Source of the DNA: an uncultured Chloroflexia bacterium
GTDB lineage: Bacteria > Chloroflexota > Limnocylindria > Limnocylindrales > CSP1-4
DNA: 64,000 nt
Assembly (NCBI GenBank): GCA_963745295.1
Contig: CAVUWG010000007.1
Coordinates: 258,382-322,381 of the forward strand
Reading direction: 5' to 3'
Both the position numbers and the translations under genes were made by a program. Positions 1 to 11,683 of this stretch are shown here, in pieces. Numbering within the stretch: the first letter of the stretch is position 1; the number at the start of each line of letters is the position of its first letter. Under the pieces are notes generated by a model that saw nothing but the letters and a program-made list of their open reading frames with translations, did not search any database and was not told the DNA's origin.

Positions 1-92
1 CCTCGCCCAGCCGGAGCAGTGGGTCGAAATCGAACGCGATGACGGCGATCGGCACGGTGTCGGCCAGTGTATCGAACCCTCGATCGAGCGAA

Positions 93-122
93 CCGATGGG
101 TGTCGGCCCGATGGGTGTCGGC
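93..122. repeat. Perfect 15-bp tandem duplication (ccgatgggtgtcggc x2). Its second copy forms the 5' arm of an 8-bp hairpin (114-121 / 126-133).
   Basis: Read directly: unit 1 at 93-107 and unit 2 at 108-122 are identical. ggtgtcgg-cccg-ccgacacc follows. Confidence 0.9.
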
Positions 123-330
123 CCGCCGACACCTGCCCTGTCACGTATCGGGTCGCCCGCGTCCTCGGGCGCCGGACATCATGCCGCCAGAGCCGGAGGT
201 CGCGCGGGGGCGCGGCCACCTGGTTGGGGGCGGCGCGGAATGGCGGGTCTGGGGCCCGCCATTCTCGCTCCGGCGTCCGGCCCAAGGGGGGACGGGCCGG
301 GCGTCGCGGGCTTCACGACCGTGGGATGTC

Positions 331-1143
331 ATGCCGCGAGACGAATCGATCCAACGCACGATCCTCCGCGTCAACCTGCTCGGGCGCCTCGACGTCCGGA
401 CGGTCGATGGCACGGCGGTGCGACTCGGGGGCCGCCACGCACCCGCGTTGTTCGCGCTGCTGGTGCTGGCGCGGCGTCCGCGAACGCGGGAGGCGATCGC
501 CGCGGACCTGTGGCCGGACGCCGACAACACATCGGTCGGGTCGCTCCGCCAGGCGCTGTGGCTGGTGCGCCACGGGCTCATCGATGCCGGCGTCGACCCC
601 GATGCCGTGCTGGACATCCGCTCCGAATCCGTCGCGATCCGGCCCGAGGCCCGGCTCGAGGTCGATGCCATCGCCTTCGAACACAGCCTTGACGACGGAG
701 AGCGCGGCGCGGAGCTCGCGGTCGAGCTGTATCGCGGCGATCTGGTCGAGGCCCTCGCCCACGACTGCTTCGCCGCCGAGCGCGAGCGTCTGGCGGACCG
801 CTACGAGGACGCGCTCGTCGACATGGCACGCGCCCGGTTGCGTGCCGGAGACGCACGCGGCGCGCGGCGGGCGGCCGAGGCGGTCCTGGCGCGCGACCCG
901 TTGCGCGAGGAGGCGCACGCCATCCTCATGTCGGTCCTGGGCATGACCGGATCGCGGTCGCAGGTCGTTCGGCAGTACCGACGCCTGCAGGACGTCCTCG
1001 CCCGGGAGCTCGGCGAGCCACCCCTGCCCGAGACCGACGCGGCCTACCGCCGCGCGATGTCCCAGATCGTCCGTCGATCGGTCGAGCGAGCCTCGCTCAT
1101 CGAGCCCGACCGGATGCCCAAGCTCGTCGCGGTCGGCCGCTGA
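331..1143 (+). CDS. SARP/AfsR-type transcriptional regulator (winged helix + BTAD domain)
   Basis: ORF 67..1143. The N-terminus 'LRVNLLGRLDVRTVDGTAVRLGG...ALFALLVL' is an OmpR-like DNA-binding start. The C-terminus 'ELYRGDLVEAL...REEAHAILMSVLGMTGSRSQVVRQYRRLQDVLARELGEPP' is BTAD-like. ATG 331 is where homology begins; GTG 67 is the longest ORF. Confidence 0.8.
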   Translation: MPRDESIQRTILRVNLLGRLDVRTVDGTAVRLGGRHAPALFALLVLARRPRTREAIAADLWPDADNTSVGSLRQALWLVRHGLIDAGVDPDAVLDIRSESVAIRPEARLEVDAIAFEHSLDDGERGAELAVELYRGDLVEALAHDCFAAERERLADRYEDALVDMARARLRAGDARGARRAAEAVLARDPLREEAHAILMSVLGMTGSRSQVVRQYRRLQDVLARELGEPPLPETDAAYRRAMSQIVRRSVERASLIEPDRMPKLVAVGR

Positions 1144-1166
1144 CCCGACCCACGCGGAGGCTCGTT

Positions 1167-2463
<1,297 letters not shown>

Positions 2464-2467
<4 letters not shown>

Positions 2468-4101
2468 CCGGCGACCGCGCCGCCCGCGTCAAGGGTGGAC
2501 GCCGCCGCGACCTCAGCGGCCGTCGTGAGCGGCCCGGCGTCGCGGATCTCCTCGCTGACCCCGTCCGCGTACGCGCGGAAGTTCGCCGCGAACATCGCCG
2601 CGAGCCCGCGCGCCGCACGGTCGTAGGCCGCCGGATCCGCCCACGTCGAACGCGGGTCCAGGAACCCCGCCGGCACGTCCGGGACCTCGAGCGGAACCTC
2701 CACCCGGAAGATCGGATCGACGCGCGTCGGCACGCCGCGGAGGCGGCCGCCGAGCGCCGCGCGGACCATGGCCCGGGTGTGATCGATGTTCATCCGCTCG
2801 CCGACCCCGTACGGCCCGCCGGTCCAGCCGGTGTTGACCAGCCAGACCGTGACGTCGTGGGTCGCCAGCCGCTCGGTCAGCATCGCTGCGTACTCGCCCG
2901 GGTGGCGGGGCATGAACGGCGCCCCGAAACAGGCCGAGAACGTCGCGCTGGGCTCCTTCACGCCGACCTCGGTGCCGGCCAGCTTGGCGGTGTAGCCGCT
3001 GATGAAGTGGTAGGCGGCCTGGGCATGGGTCAGCCGGGCGATCGGCGGCAGGACCCCGAACGCATCGGCGGTCAGCAGGACGACCGTGCGCGGCTGGCCG
3101 GTCATGCCGTCCGGGTCGGTGTTGCCGATGAACTCGAGCGGGTAGGCGCCTCGGGTGTTCTCGGTGAACCGTTCCGAGTCGAGGTCGAGCTGGCGGGTGC
3201 GAGGGTCCAGGTCGACATTCTCGAGGACGGTCCCGAACCGGCGGGTCGTCTGGAAGATGTCGGGCTCGTACATCGGTGAGAGACGGATCGTCTTCGCGTA
3301 GCAGCCGCCCTCGAAGTTGAAAAGCCCGCGACGGCCCCAGCCGTGCTCGTCGTCGCCGATGAGGCTCCGCTCGGGATCGGCTGACAGGGTCGTCTTGCCG
3401 GTGCCCGACAGGCCGAAGAACACGACGCTGTCGCCGTCCGGACCCACGTTGACCGAGCTGTGCATCGGGAGCACGCCCTCATCGGGCATCAGGTAGTTCA
3501 TGACCGTGAAGGCCGACTTCTTGATCTCGCCCGCGTACTCGGTGCCGACGATGATGATCTCCATCCGCTCGAGGTGGAGCAGGATCGCCGTCTCGGAGCG
3601 GGTGCCCTCGGTGGCCGGATCGGCCTTGAACGACGGCACGCAGATGATCGTGAAGTTCGGCTCGAAGGCGCGTCGCTCCACGGCCGTCGGCCGGCGGAAC
3701 AGGTTGCGCGCGAAGATGCTGGCCCAGGCCGTCTCGGTGATGACGCGCAGGCGTCGCTGGTGGGCGGGATCCGCGCCGATGAGCAGGTCCTGGGCGTACA
3801 GGTCGCGATCCGCACAGAACGCCACGAGCCGAGCCCGCAGGCGGTCGTAGTCGGCCTCGGCGATCGGCCGGTTGACGGGCCCCCACCAGATCTTGTCGCG
3901 GCTCGTTGGCTCCTCGACGATGAACTTGTCCTGTGGGGAGCGCCCCGTGTGCCTGCCGGTCCGGACGACCAGGGGGCCGTCGGCGGCGACGAGGCCCTCG
4001 CCGTGGCGGATGGCGTCCTCGTACAGCTCGGCGACCGGCAGGTTGGCACGCAGGCGGCGGCCGAGGAGGGGTCGGGTGGTGGGCGGGATCGTGGTGGCCA
4101 T
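2464..4101 (-). CDS. pckA: Phosphoenolpyruvate carboxykinase (ATP-dependent)
   Basis: 545-aa ORF with 'GRHTGRSPQDKFIV', kinase-1a 'FFGLSGTGKTTLS' and 'IGDDEHGW' motifs of ATP-type PEPCK. Confidence 0.95.
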
Positions 4102-4353
4102 CGGGTGGCGACTCCTTTTGCGCGCGGGCGATCACTCGGATCGACCGGCCGCGCGTGACGCTGCCCCGAGAGGCGAGCGGGAGTCGGCTTCCACAGTCGC
4201 GTTGCCGGGTACGGTACCACGTTGCGAATGGGTGTCACCAAGGTTGCGGGCCGGTCACGACCAGAACCGGTGCGTCCGGGCGCCAAGGTTCCCGAGGACG
4301 CGGGCTCGTTGACAGCTCGCGCCACGCACCCGTAGCATCCGCCCACAACCGAA

Positions 4354-4465
4354 GAGCTCTTATCAAGAGTGGCAGAGGGACCGGCCCGTTGAAGCCACGA
4401 CAACCTACCGGCGTCGAGTCGGCAAGGTGCCAAATCCGGGCAGGACCTCCTGCGAGATAAGGGAA
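4354..4465 (+). promoter_or_regulatory. SAM-I (S-box) riboswitch in the leader of the ThrC-like/ThiS-like operon
   Basis: 'ctcttatcaagagtggcagagggaccggcccgttgaagccacgacaacc...ggtgccaaatccgggcag...gagataaggg' matches the SAM-I core (CTTATCAAGAG-GG-GAGGGAC-GGCCC-TGAA-CC-CAACC...GGTGC-AA-TCC-GCAG...AGATAAG). The P1 helix is 4357-4364 / 4456-4463. Confidence 0.85.
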
Positions 4466-4550
4466 CTCCCTTCGGAGCCCCCCGACTCACCCGAGCGGTC
4501 TTCCCGTTCCCGGTCCCGAGGCCAAGTCGTCCGCCTCCCGGGAGCCCGCC

Positions 4551-5879
4551 ATGTCGATCGAGACCCTCGCCCCAACGACCAGACCGGGTCCGACGCCGTC
4601 CGACGGCTCGTCGCGACCCCGCATCACCGGCCTGCGGTGTCGCAACTGCGGCCGCACCGAGGCGATCGGGCTGTCCTACGTCTGTGCGGCCTGCTTCGGG
4701 CCACTCGAGGTGGCGTACGACTACGGCGTCGTCGCGGAGACGCTGACGCGCGAATCGATCGCGAGCCGGGCGCCCGGCATCTGGCGGTACGCCGAGCTGT
4801 TGCCGGTCGATGCCCCGCCGGCCCGGTCCCTGCCGGTCGGCTCAACGCCGCTCCTGCAGGCCGATCGGCTGGCGCCCGTGCTGGGCGTCGAGCGGCTCTG
4901 GCTCAAGGACGATACGCGCAACCCATCGCTCAGCTTCAAGGACCGGGCGGTCGCGGTCGCCGCGGCGCGAGCGGTCGAGTTCGGGGTCGAGGCACTCGCC
5001 TGCGCCTCGACGGGCAACCTGGCCGGGGCCACGGCCGCCGCCGCGGCTGCCGTCGGCTTGCCCGCCTACGTCTTCATCCCCGCGGATCTCGAGCCGGCCA
5101 AGGTCGATCACGCCCTCGCGTATGGCGCGACCGTGGTCCCGATCTCGGGAACCTACGACGACGTGAACCGGCTCTGCCTCGAAGTCGCCGACGAGACCGG
5201 ATGGGGCTTCGTCAACATCAACCTGCGCCCGTTCTATGCGGAAGGCTCCAAGACCCTCGCCTACGAGATCGCCGAATCGCTCGGCTGGCGCTCTCCGGAC
5301 ATCCTCGTCGGGCCGGTCGCCTCGGGGGCGATGTTCACGCGGGTCGCGCGCGGCTTCGAGGAGCTCGCCGAGCTCGGGCTGATCGAACGGCGGCCGATCC
5401 GGTTCGTCGGCGGCCAGGCGGCCGGCTGCGCACCGGTGGCGACCGCGTTCGCCGCCGGCACGGACGTCATCGAGCCGATCCGGGAGCCCGACACCTTCGT
5501 CCGGTCGCTGGCGATCGGCAATCCCGCGGACGGCCTGTATGCCGTCGAGGTCGCGCGCGACTCCGGCGGCTCGATCGAGGCCATCGAGGATCTCATCACG
5601 GCCGAGGCGATCCGCGACGTCGCCCGTCTCGAGGGCATCTACCCGGAGACCGCCGGCGGCGTCACGCTCGCCGCAGTCGCCGCCGCTCGTCGATCAGGCG
5701 TCATCCGACCCGGCGACGAGGTCGTGGCCCTGCTGACCGGCAACGGCCTCAAGACGCCCGACGCGCGGACCCTCGGCCACGGCGATGGCATCGCCCGTCC
5801 CGGCGAGCCCGGCCTCGCGCCGGTCATCCGGCCGAGCCTGAGCGCCTTCGAATCGTGGCTGGCAGGGACCGAGGCATGA
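4551..5879 (+). CDS. Threonine-synthase-like PLP enzyme with N-terminal CxxC...CxxC zinc ribbon (MetM-like candidate)
   Basis: 'RCRNCG...VCAACFGPLEV' ribbon, then the PLP lysine region 'NPSLSFKDRAV' and fold-type II features ('GNLAGA', 'GPVASGAM'). Sits directly downstream of the SAM riboswitch; GGGAG lies 7 nt upstream of the ATG. Confidence 0.85.
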   Translation: MSIETLAPTTRPGPTPSDGSSRPRITGLRCRNCGRTEAIGLSYVCAACFGPLEVAYDYGVVAETLTRESIASRAPGIWRYAELLPVDAPPARSLPVGSTPLLQADRLAPVLGVERLWLKDDTRNPSLSFKDRAVAVAAARAVEFGVEALACASTGNLAGATAAAAAAVGLPAYVFIPADLEPAKVDHALAYGATVVPISGTYDDVNRLCLEVADETGWGFVNINLRPFYAEGSKTLAYEIAESLGWRSPDILVGPVASGAMFTRVARGFEELAELGLIERRPIRFVGGQAAGCAPVATAFAAGTDVIEPIREPDTFVRSLAIGNPADGLYAVEVARDSGGSIEAIEDLITAEAIRDVARLEGIYPETAGGVTLAAVAAARRSGVIRPGDEVVALLTGNGLKTPDARTLGHGDGIARPGEPGLAPVIRPSLSAFESWLAGTEA

Positions 5880-6148
5880 GCACGGTCCGGATCCCGCCGA
5901 CGCTTCGGACCGCCACCGGCGGGGCCAAGCAGGTCGAGGTCGCGGGCGGAACCGTCCGCGAGGTCGTCACCGCGCTCGTCGCCGCCCACCCGGGCCTCGA
6001 AGCCCAGCTGCTCGCGCCCGACGGCGAGCTCAACCGCTTCGTCAACGCGTTCCTCAACGACACGGACGTCCGCCACCTGCAGTCGCTCGACACGCCCGTC
6101 GGCGAGCGCGACACGCTCGTCCTGCTGCCCGCGATGGCCGGCGGCTGA
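5876..6148 (+). CDS. ThiS/MoaD-family sulfur-carrier protein ending in Gly-Gly
   Basis: 90 aa with an ATGA overlap onto the upstream stop. 'MSTVRIPPTLR...VEVAGGTVREVV...FVNAFLNDTDVRHL...DTLVLLPAMAGG*'. The beta-grasp pattern and C-terminal GG are hallmarks of thiocarboxylate carriers. Confidence 0.75.
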   Translation: MSTVRIPPTLRTATGGAKQVEVAGGTVREVVTALVAAHPGLEAQLLAPDGELNRFVNAFLNDTDVRHLQSLDTPVGERDTLVLLPAMAGG

Positions 6149-6163
6149 GCGCTCGTCGCCCGG

Positions 6164-6493
6164 TCAGTCCGTGTGGAAGACCTCGGGCACGGTCAGCCAC
6201 CAGGAGCCCGGCTCGCGTTCCGGGTAGGGCTCCTGCATCGCGTCGGTGAGCTTCCACCATGCCTGGACGATCGGGTCGGCGGCCATCGCCGCCATGTCCG
6301 CCTCGAAGGCATCGCCCGTGTACTCGAAATAGGCGAACAGCGTCTCGCCGTGCCGGAAGATCGAGTAGTTGCGGATGTTCGCGGCCGCGATGGCCGCCAG
6401 GACACCCGGCCACGCCTCGGCGTGCAGGCGCTCGTACGCCTCGATCGACGCCGGGCGCACGCGGATGACCTGGCCGAACCGCCTTACGCCCAC
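6164..6493 (-). CDS. L-rhamnose mutarotase family protein (6-deoxyhexose mutarotase)
   Basis: C-terminal 109 aa of ORF 6164..7165: '[77 protein letters not shown]' is the RhaM/YiiL pattern. GTG 6493 overlaps the dehydratase stop. Confidence 0.8.
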   Translation of the reverse strand: MGVRRFGQVIRVRPASIEAYERLHAEAWPGVLAAIAAANIRNYSIFRHGETLFAYFEYTGDAFEADMAAMAADPIVQAWWKLTDAMQEPYPEREPGSWWLTVPEVFHTD

Positions 6494-7779
6494 TCCGACC
6501 CGTCCGGATAGCGGTAGCGCGCCAGCGACGTGGCGAACATCTCCGCGCTGTAGCCCGGGGCCGACGGCAGCCGGTAGCGCCCGTCTCCGACGATCACCGG
6601 ATCGAGGAAGTGCTCGTGCAGGTGGTCGACGTACTCGATCATCCGGCCGTCGAGGCTGGCGCTCACCGCGATGTAGTCGAACGGGGCGAGGTGCTGGACG
6701 AGCTCGCACAGCCCGACGCCGCCGGCATGCGGGCAGACCGGGACCCCGAACCTCGCCGCCAGGAGCAGCACGGCCACGACCTCGTTGACGCCGCCGAGCC
6801 GGCACGCGTCGATCTGGCAGACGCCCATCGCCCCGGCCTGGAGGAACTGCTTGAACATGATCCGGTTGTGGACATGCTCGCCGGTGGCGACCCGGATGGG
6901 CGCCACGGCCCGGGCGATCGCCGCGTGCCCGAGGACGTCGTCGGGGCTGGTCGGCTCCTCGATCCAGTACGGATCGAACGGCGCCAGATGCGCCATCCAG
7001 TCGATGGCCGTGCCGACGTCCCAGCGCTGGTTGGCGTCGACCGCGAGCATCCGGTCCGGACCGATCTCCTCGCGCACGATCCGCGCCCGCCGGATGTCGT
7101 CCTCGACATCCGCGCCGACCTTGAGCTTGAAGCGCTCCCAGCCGTCGGCGAGGGCCTCCCGGCACAGCCGCCGGATCTTGTCGTCGTCGTAGCCGAGCCA
7201 GCCGACCGAGGTCGTGTAGGCCGGGTAGCCATCCCGAACCAGCTCGGCCTCCCGCTCGGCCCGGCCTGGGGCGGCCGACTCCAGCAGCGCGAGGGCGTCC
7301 GCCGGCGTCAGGGCGTCGGTCAGGTAGCGGAAGTCGACGAGCGCGACGATCTCGGCGGGTGTCATGTCGATGAGCAGTTTCCAGAGCGGTTTCCCGGCCC
7401 GCTTCGCGACGAGATCCCAGGCGGCGTTCACGACGGCCGCGGTCGCCAGGTGGATGACGCCCTTCTCCGGCCCGATCCAGCGCAGCTGGCTGTCACCGAC
7501 CAGGTCGCGCCAGAACCCGCCGAGATCGGCCTCGGTCGCCTCGACCGATCGGCCGACGACCAGTGGCGCGATCGCGCGCACGCCGGCGACGACGACCTCG
7601 GTCCCGCGGCCGGTCGTGAACGTGAAGCCGTGACCCTCCAGCCCATCGTCGGCGTCGGTGCGGAGCACGACGTAGGCGGCCGAGTAGTCGGGATCGGTGT
7701 TCATCGCGTCGGAGCCGTCGAGGGCCCGGGACGTCGGGAAGCGGACGTCGATGACGTCCAGGCTCGTGATCGTGGTCAC
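6484..7779 (-). CDS. fucD: L-fuconate dehydratase-like enolase-superfamily enzyme
   Basis: 431 aa. N-terminus '[39 protein letters not shown]...[11 protein letters not shown]' and the 'KLKVG', 'AVDANQRWD', '[10 protein letters not shown]' metal-ligand blocks are typical of the FucD subgroup. Confidence 0.85.
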   Translation of the reverse strand: MTTITSLDVIDVRFPTSRALDGSDAMNTDPDYSAAYVVLRTDADDGLEGHGFTFTTGRGTEVVVAGVRAIAPLVVGRSVEATEADLGGFWRDLVGDSQLRWIGPEKGVIHLATAAVVNAAWDLVAKRAGKPLWKLLIDMTPAEIVALVDFRYLTDALTPADALALLESAAPGRAEREAELVRDGYPAYTTSVGWLGYDDDKIRRLCREALADGWERFKLKVGADVEDDIRRARIVREEIGPDRMLAVDANQRWDVGTAIDWMAHLAPFDPYWIEEPTSPDDVLGHAAIARAVAPIRVATGEHVHNRIMFKQFLQAGAMGVCQIDACRLGGVNEVVAVLLLAARFGVPVCPHAGGVGLCELVQHLAPFDYIAVSASLDGRMIEYVDHLHEHFLDPVIVGDGRYRLPSAPGYSAEMFATSLARYRYPDGSEWA

Positions 7780-7783
7780 AGGC

Positions 7784-8809
7784 TCAACCCTTCAGGGCAC
7801 CGACGAGGATGCCCCGCGTGATATAGCGCTCGAGGGCGATGGCCATCACGACGACGGGCGCGATCATGATCAGGATGAGGACCGACATCGCCCACCATTG
7901 TGGGCCGCGGGTCGCGTTCTGGGCGGCCACCTGTAGCGGCATCGTCTGGGCCTCGGCGCTGGTCAGCACCAGCGCGATCAGGAACTCGTTCCAGGCGAAG
8001 ATCAGGACGATCAGGAACGTCGCGACCAACCCCGGGACGGAGATCGGCAGGACGATCGAGCGCACCACCCGATAGACCGACGCGCCGTCGACCGAGGCCG
8101 ACTCCTCGAGCTCGCGGGGCAGCGACGCGAAGTAGTCGCGCATCAGCCACACGACGATCGGCAGGTTGGTCGCCACGTACGTGATGATGAGCGCGACGAT
8201 GCTGTCGAGCAGGCCGGTCTGCTGGAACAGGACATAGAGCGGGATGGCGACCGCGATCGGCGGGAGGATCCGCTGGGAGATCAGCCAGAACGCGATGTCC
8301 CGGTTGGCCAGCGACCGGCGGAACCGCCGCCCGACGGTCTGGGCGAGGATGATGAAGATCGCGATCGCCGAGGCGATGGCGATCGCCGGCGGCGCGCCGA
8401 GCGCGACGGTCACGAACACGAACGCGATGCAGCCGATGGCGACGCCGATGAGCCCGATGCGCGGCCGATAGGCGAACCGGACCAGGGCATACGCGGCGAA
8501 CGAGCCCAGGACCAGGGCGATGAGCGAGCTCGTCAGCCCGACGATCACCGTGTTGACGTAGGGGCGGAGCGTGTCGTTGCCGAGCTCGATGAGGATGTAG
8601 TGCCACGCGTCGAGGGTGGGCTGGAAGTCGACGAACGGCACGTAGAACGGTCCCTTGTCCACGTCCTGCGCGGTCTTGAACGAGGTCACGATGAGCCAGT
8701 AGATCGGGAACAGCACGACCAGCGCCCAACCGAGCAGGAGCGCCCACGCGCCGAACTTGGCGAGCGGCGAGAGGTCGAGCGGCGAGCGGCGCCGGAACGG
8801 GTTCCGCAC
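7784..8809 (-). CDS. Carbohydrate ABC transporter permease (MalG-like)
   Basis: Multi-TM ORF with the EAA loop '[23 protein letters not shown]'. Adjacent to a second permease and a solute-binding protein. Confidence 0.85.
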   Translation of the reverse strand: MRNPFRRRSPLDLSPLAKFGAWALLLGWALVVLFPIYWLIVTSFKTAQDVDKGPFYVPFVDFQPTLDAWHYILIELGNDTLRPYVNTVIVGLTSSLIALVLGSFAAYALVRFAYRPRIGLIGVAIGCIAFVFVTVALGAPPAIAIASAIAIFIILAQTVGRRFRRSLANRDIAFWLISQRILPPIAVAIPLYVLFQQTGLLDSIVALIITYVATNLPIVVWLMRDYFASLPRELEESASVDGASVYRVVRSIVLPISVPGLVATFLIVLIFAWNEFLIALVLTSAEAQTMPLQVAAQNATRGPQWWAMSVLILIMIAPVVVMAIALERYITRGILVGALKG

Positions 8810-8810
8810 G

Positions 8811-9935
8811 TCACACCACCTCGGTGACGCGCCGGCGAACGAAGCTCACGTACACGGTCGCGATCACCGTGACGAGCACTAGCAACAGGTAGGCCACTGC
8901 GGCCGAACGGCCGGGGTTGAGCGTGTTCCAGTCGATGTATGCCTGAAGGGTCATCGACTGGGTGGCCGTGCCGGGTCCGCCACCGAGCAGGATCTGCGGC
9001 ATGTCGATGATCTTGAAACCCTCGATCAGCCGGATGAGCACGATCGTGGTGCTGACCGGGAGGATCGCGGGCATGATGATGTGCTTGAAGCTCTGCCAGC
9101 GGCTCGCGCCATCGACCAGGGCGGCCTCGCGGACCTCCTGATCGAGGCTCTCGAGGGCGGCGAGCAGCACGATGAACACGAACGGCGTCCATTGCCACGT
9201 GTCGCCGAGGATGACCGCCCCACGGGCCAGCCACGGGTCGGTGACCCAGGTGAAGTCACGCAGCCCGAGGGCCACCCAGAGCGGCTCGATCGGGCCCTTC
9301 GAGGTGTCGGTCATCATCAGGAACATGTAGCCGACCCCGACCGGCGTGATCGTCAGCGGGATGAGGAACACGACCCGGAAGAAGCGGCGCCATGGGACCT
9401 GCTGCACCGCGAGCATCGCCAGCCCGAGACCCAGGCCGAACTGGAGCGCGATGCCGACGAAGACGAAGATCAGGGTGACGAACAGCGCACCGGGGCGGCC
9501 GCCCTCGCTGAACATGGTCTGGACCAGCAGCCACGTGAAGCCCACCAGCACGATTCCGCCCATGAGCCGCAATGCGAGCCCGAACGGACCGAGCTGACCG
9601 CCGCGGACCGCCCGCGTCCAGGCCACACCGGCCAGGACCGCCGTGGTGATGACCACGGCCCAGCCCAGCAGCGTTGGCGGCTTCGCGACGCCGATGAAAT
9701 GGTTCCGCTCGCCGCCGAACAGCAGCTGCCCGTAGTTGTTGAACCCCACGAAGTCGAGCTCGACGCCACCCTGATGGAAGGCGAGCTTGGAGACCGACAG
9801 CGCCAGCGAGGCAACGAGCGGGAAGATCGACAGGAAGAGGACGAATAGGACGGTCGGCCAGATGAACAGCCACCTGGCGGCACCTTCGGAGCGGTCGCGA
9901 AGAGCGGACCCGCCGAGGGTCCGCTCTTCGGTCAC
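8811..9935 (-). CDS. Carbohydrate ABC transporter permease (MalF-like)
   Basis: EAA loop 'EAALVDGASRWQSFKHIIMP'. The longest ORF (to 10097) would overlap the SBP gene, so the in-frame GTG 9935 was chosen. The start is approximate. Confidence 0.8.
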   Translation of the reverse strand: MTEERTLGGSALRDRSEGAARWLFIWPTVLFVLFLSIFPLVASLALSVSKLAFHQGGVELDFVGFNNYGQLLFGGERNHFIGVAKPPTLLGWAVVITTAVLAGVAWTRAVRGGQLGPFGLALRLMGGIVLVGFTWLLVQTMFSEGGRPGALFVTLIFVFVGIALQFGLGLGLAMLAVQQVPWRRFFRVVFLIPLTITPVGVGYMFLMMTDTSKGPIEPLWVALGLRDFTWVTDPWLARGAVILGDTWQWTPFVFIVLLAALESLDQEVREAALVDGASRWQSFKHIIMPAILPVSTTIVLIRLIEGFKIIDMPQILLGGGPGTATQSMTLQAYIDWNTLNPGRSAAVAYLLLVLVTVIATVYVSFVRRRVTEVV

Positions 9936-9948
9936 GCGATCGAGTGAG

Positions 9949-11520
9949 CTATCGCTGGACGCCAAGGCTGGCGACGTAGGCAGCGAGCTGGGCGTCCTTT
10001 CCGGCCTCGTTGGTGATGTCATTCCATCCGTCCGAGATCTGTTGTTCGGTCGTCTGGGCGTCATTCTCACCCGCGAGGTACTGCGCGAGCGCGACATCGA
10101 GCACGTTCTGCTCGTAGCGCACCGTCAATGGGATCCGCAGGTCGAGGACCATGTTCTTGTTCTCGAGGCTGGCCTTGATGGCGCCGAGATAGTTGGTCGC
10201 GGCGTCGGCGCTGAGGCCGGCCTTGAGCCACAGATCCTGGCTCTCGAAGTGCGAGGTCCGGTACGGGTTGTAGCCGGTCTTGCCGAGGGTCACGTCCTCA
10301 CCCGAGATCGCGGGCGAGCTCATGTAGGACAGGAAGTCATAAACGGCGTCCTGATTCGCCGCCGGGGACGCCGCATTGATGGCGCCGGACCACCCGCCGA
10401 AGGACGCGAACGGGGCGTAGTTCACGCCGTCGACCGCGTTGGGGCAAGTCGTGGCGTCGCACGGCACGAGCTTGCCGGTCGCGCGATCGAGGGTCTCCTT
10501 CCAACCGGGCGTGATGGTGGCGCCGGTCTTGTCCTCCGCATAGGTCCCGATGGCGAGGGTGCCGATGTCGCCCCAGTCCATCGAGAGTGCGCAGCGACCG
10601 GTCGTGAACAGACCACGGGTCCCGCCGACGTCGAGGTTGAGCTCATCGGGTGGGCCGAAGTCGGTCGTCTTCTTGAAGGTCTCGAGGGCCTTGGTCATGG
10701 CCTCGTTCTGACCGAAGAGCGGGTTCATGTCGCTGGTGTTGAAGAACGCCCCCTCACTCGTGCCCTTGGCCTGGAGCAGGCCACCAGCGACGGAGATGAT
10801 CCACCAGAAGCTCTGGGCGCCCTTCTTCTTCGCGATGCACGAGCCGTAGTCGGCCTCACCGTCACCGTTGAGGTCCTGGCCCTGATACTTCGCCGCGACC
10901 GTGAGGTAATCGTCCCACGTGGCCGGCGGCGCGACGCCGTCCTTCTCGAGGATGTCCTTGCGGTAGTAGACCATGTGGAAGTCGCCGTCGAGCGGGATCG
11001 TGTAGACCTTGCCGTTGTAGGTCGAGTTGAAGTCGCGGAAGAACGGCCCGATGTCCTGCCAGTCCAGCTGGGCATCGCCGTTCACGCGATCGGTCAGGTC
11101 GAGCAAGTAGCCGGGTCCGGCGAAGTCGCCCAGCCATTGCGGGTTGAAGACATACGCATCGAAGGCGTTCGTCCCCGTCGAGGCATCCAGGAGCGCCTTG
11201 TCGTAGATCGTCTGGAAACCGACGGCCACGACGTTGACGTGACCACCGGTCAGCTGCGCCCAGTCGGGCGCGCGCCGCTGGAGCGGCTCGGCGACCTGCG
11301 GGCCGTTGAAGGTCAGGATGTTGACGTTGACCCCCGCGAACTTCGTCCCCGGGGCGGCCGCGGAGGCGCTGGCGGCGGGCTCCGACGCAGCCGGCTCGGA
11401 GGCGGGCGGCGCGGAGGTTGGAGCGCTCGACGCCGGCGGCGTCGGGCTCGCGGCGGGACTGCAAGCTGACAGGATGAGAACCAAGCCGACCGCTGGCGCG
11501 ATCGATCTGAACCGCGACAC
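9949..11520 (-). CDS. ABC transporter extracellular solute-binding lipoprotein (family 1)
   Basis: GTG 11520 is preceded by gaggagga. Lipobox 'LILSAC' is followed by a Pro/Ala/Ser linker and a sugar-binding-protein-like body. Confidence 0.85.
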   Translation of the reverse strand: MSRFRSIAPAVGLVLILSACSPAASPTPPASSAPTSAPPASEPAASEPAASASAAAPGTKFAGVNVNILTFNGPQVAEPLQRRAPDWAQLTGGHVNVVAVGFQTIYDKALLDASTGTNAFDAYVFNPQWLGDFAGPGYLLDLTDRVNGDAQLDWQDIGPFFRDFNSTYNGKVYTIPLDGDFHMVYYRKDILEKDGVAPPATWDDYLTVAAKYQGQDLNGDGEADYGSCIAKKKGAQSFWWIISVAGGLLQAKGTSEGAFFNTSDMNPLFGQNEAMTKALETFKKTTDFGPPDELNLDVGGTRGLFTTGRCALSMDWGDIGTLAIGTYAEDKTGATITPGWKETLDRATGKLVPCDATTCPNAVDGVNYAPFASFGGWSGAINAASPAANQDAVYDFLSYMSSPAISGEDVTLGKTGYNPYRTSHFESQDLWLKAGLSADAATNYLGAIKASLENKNMVLDLRIPLTVRYEQNVLDVALAQYLAGENDAQTTEQQISDGWNDITNEAGKDAQLAAYVASLGVQR

Positions 11521-11683
11521 GGGCCTTCCTCCTCTTGACCTCCGCCCGAAGCGTCCAGCATACTGAACGACCGGCGGCAGGTTGAACAAGTATGCGGACC
11601 GCAAGCTGCCGAAGTCAATATGCTGGACGCAGTCCATCCTGTTGGCCCGAATCGTTCGGGCGCAGGACCGATCTGGAGAGGTG

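Noticed and set aside
1-54. A possible 5' fragment of a minus-strand gene ('VPIAVIAFDFDPLLRLGE...', faintly Lgt-N-terminus-like) leaving the window.
   Set aside because: Only about 18 codons are visible, the start codon is uncertain, and the similarity is too weak to support a feature call.
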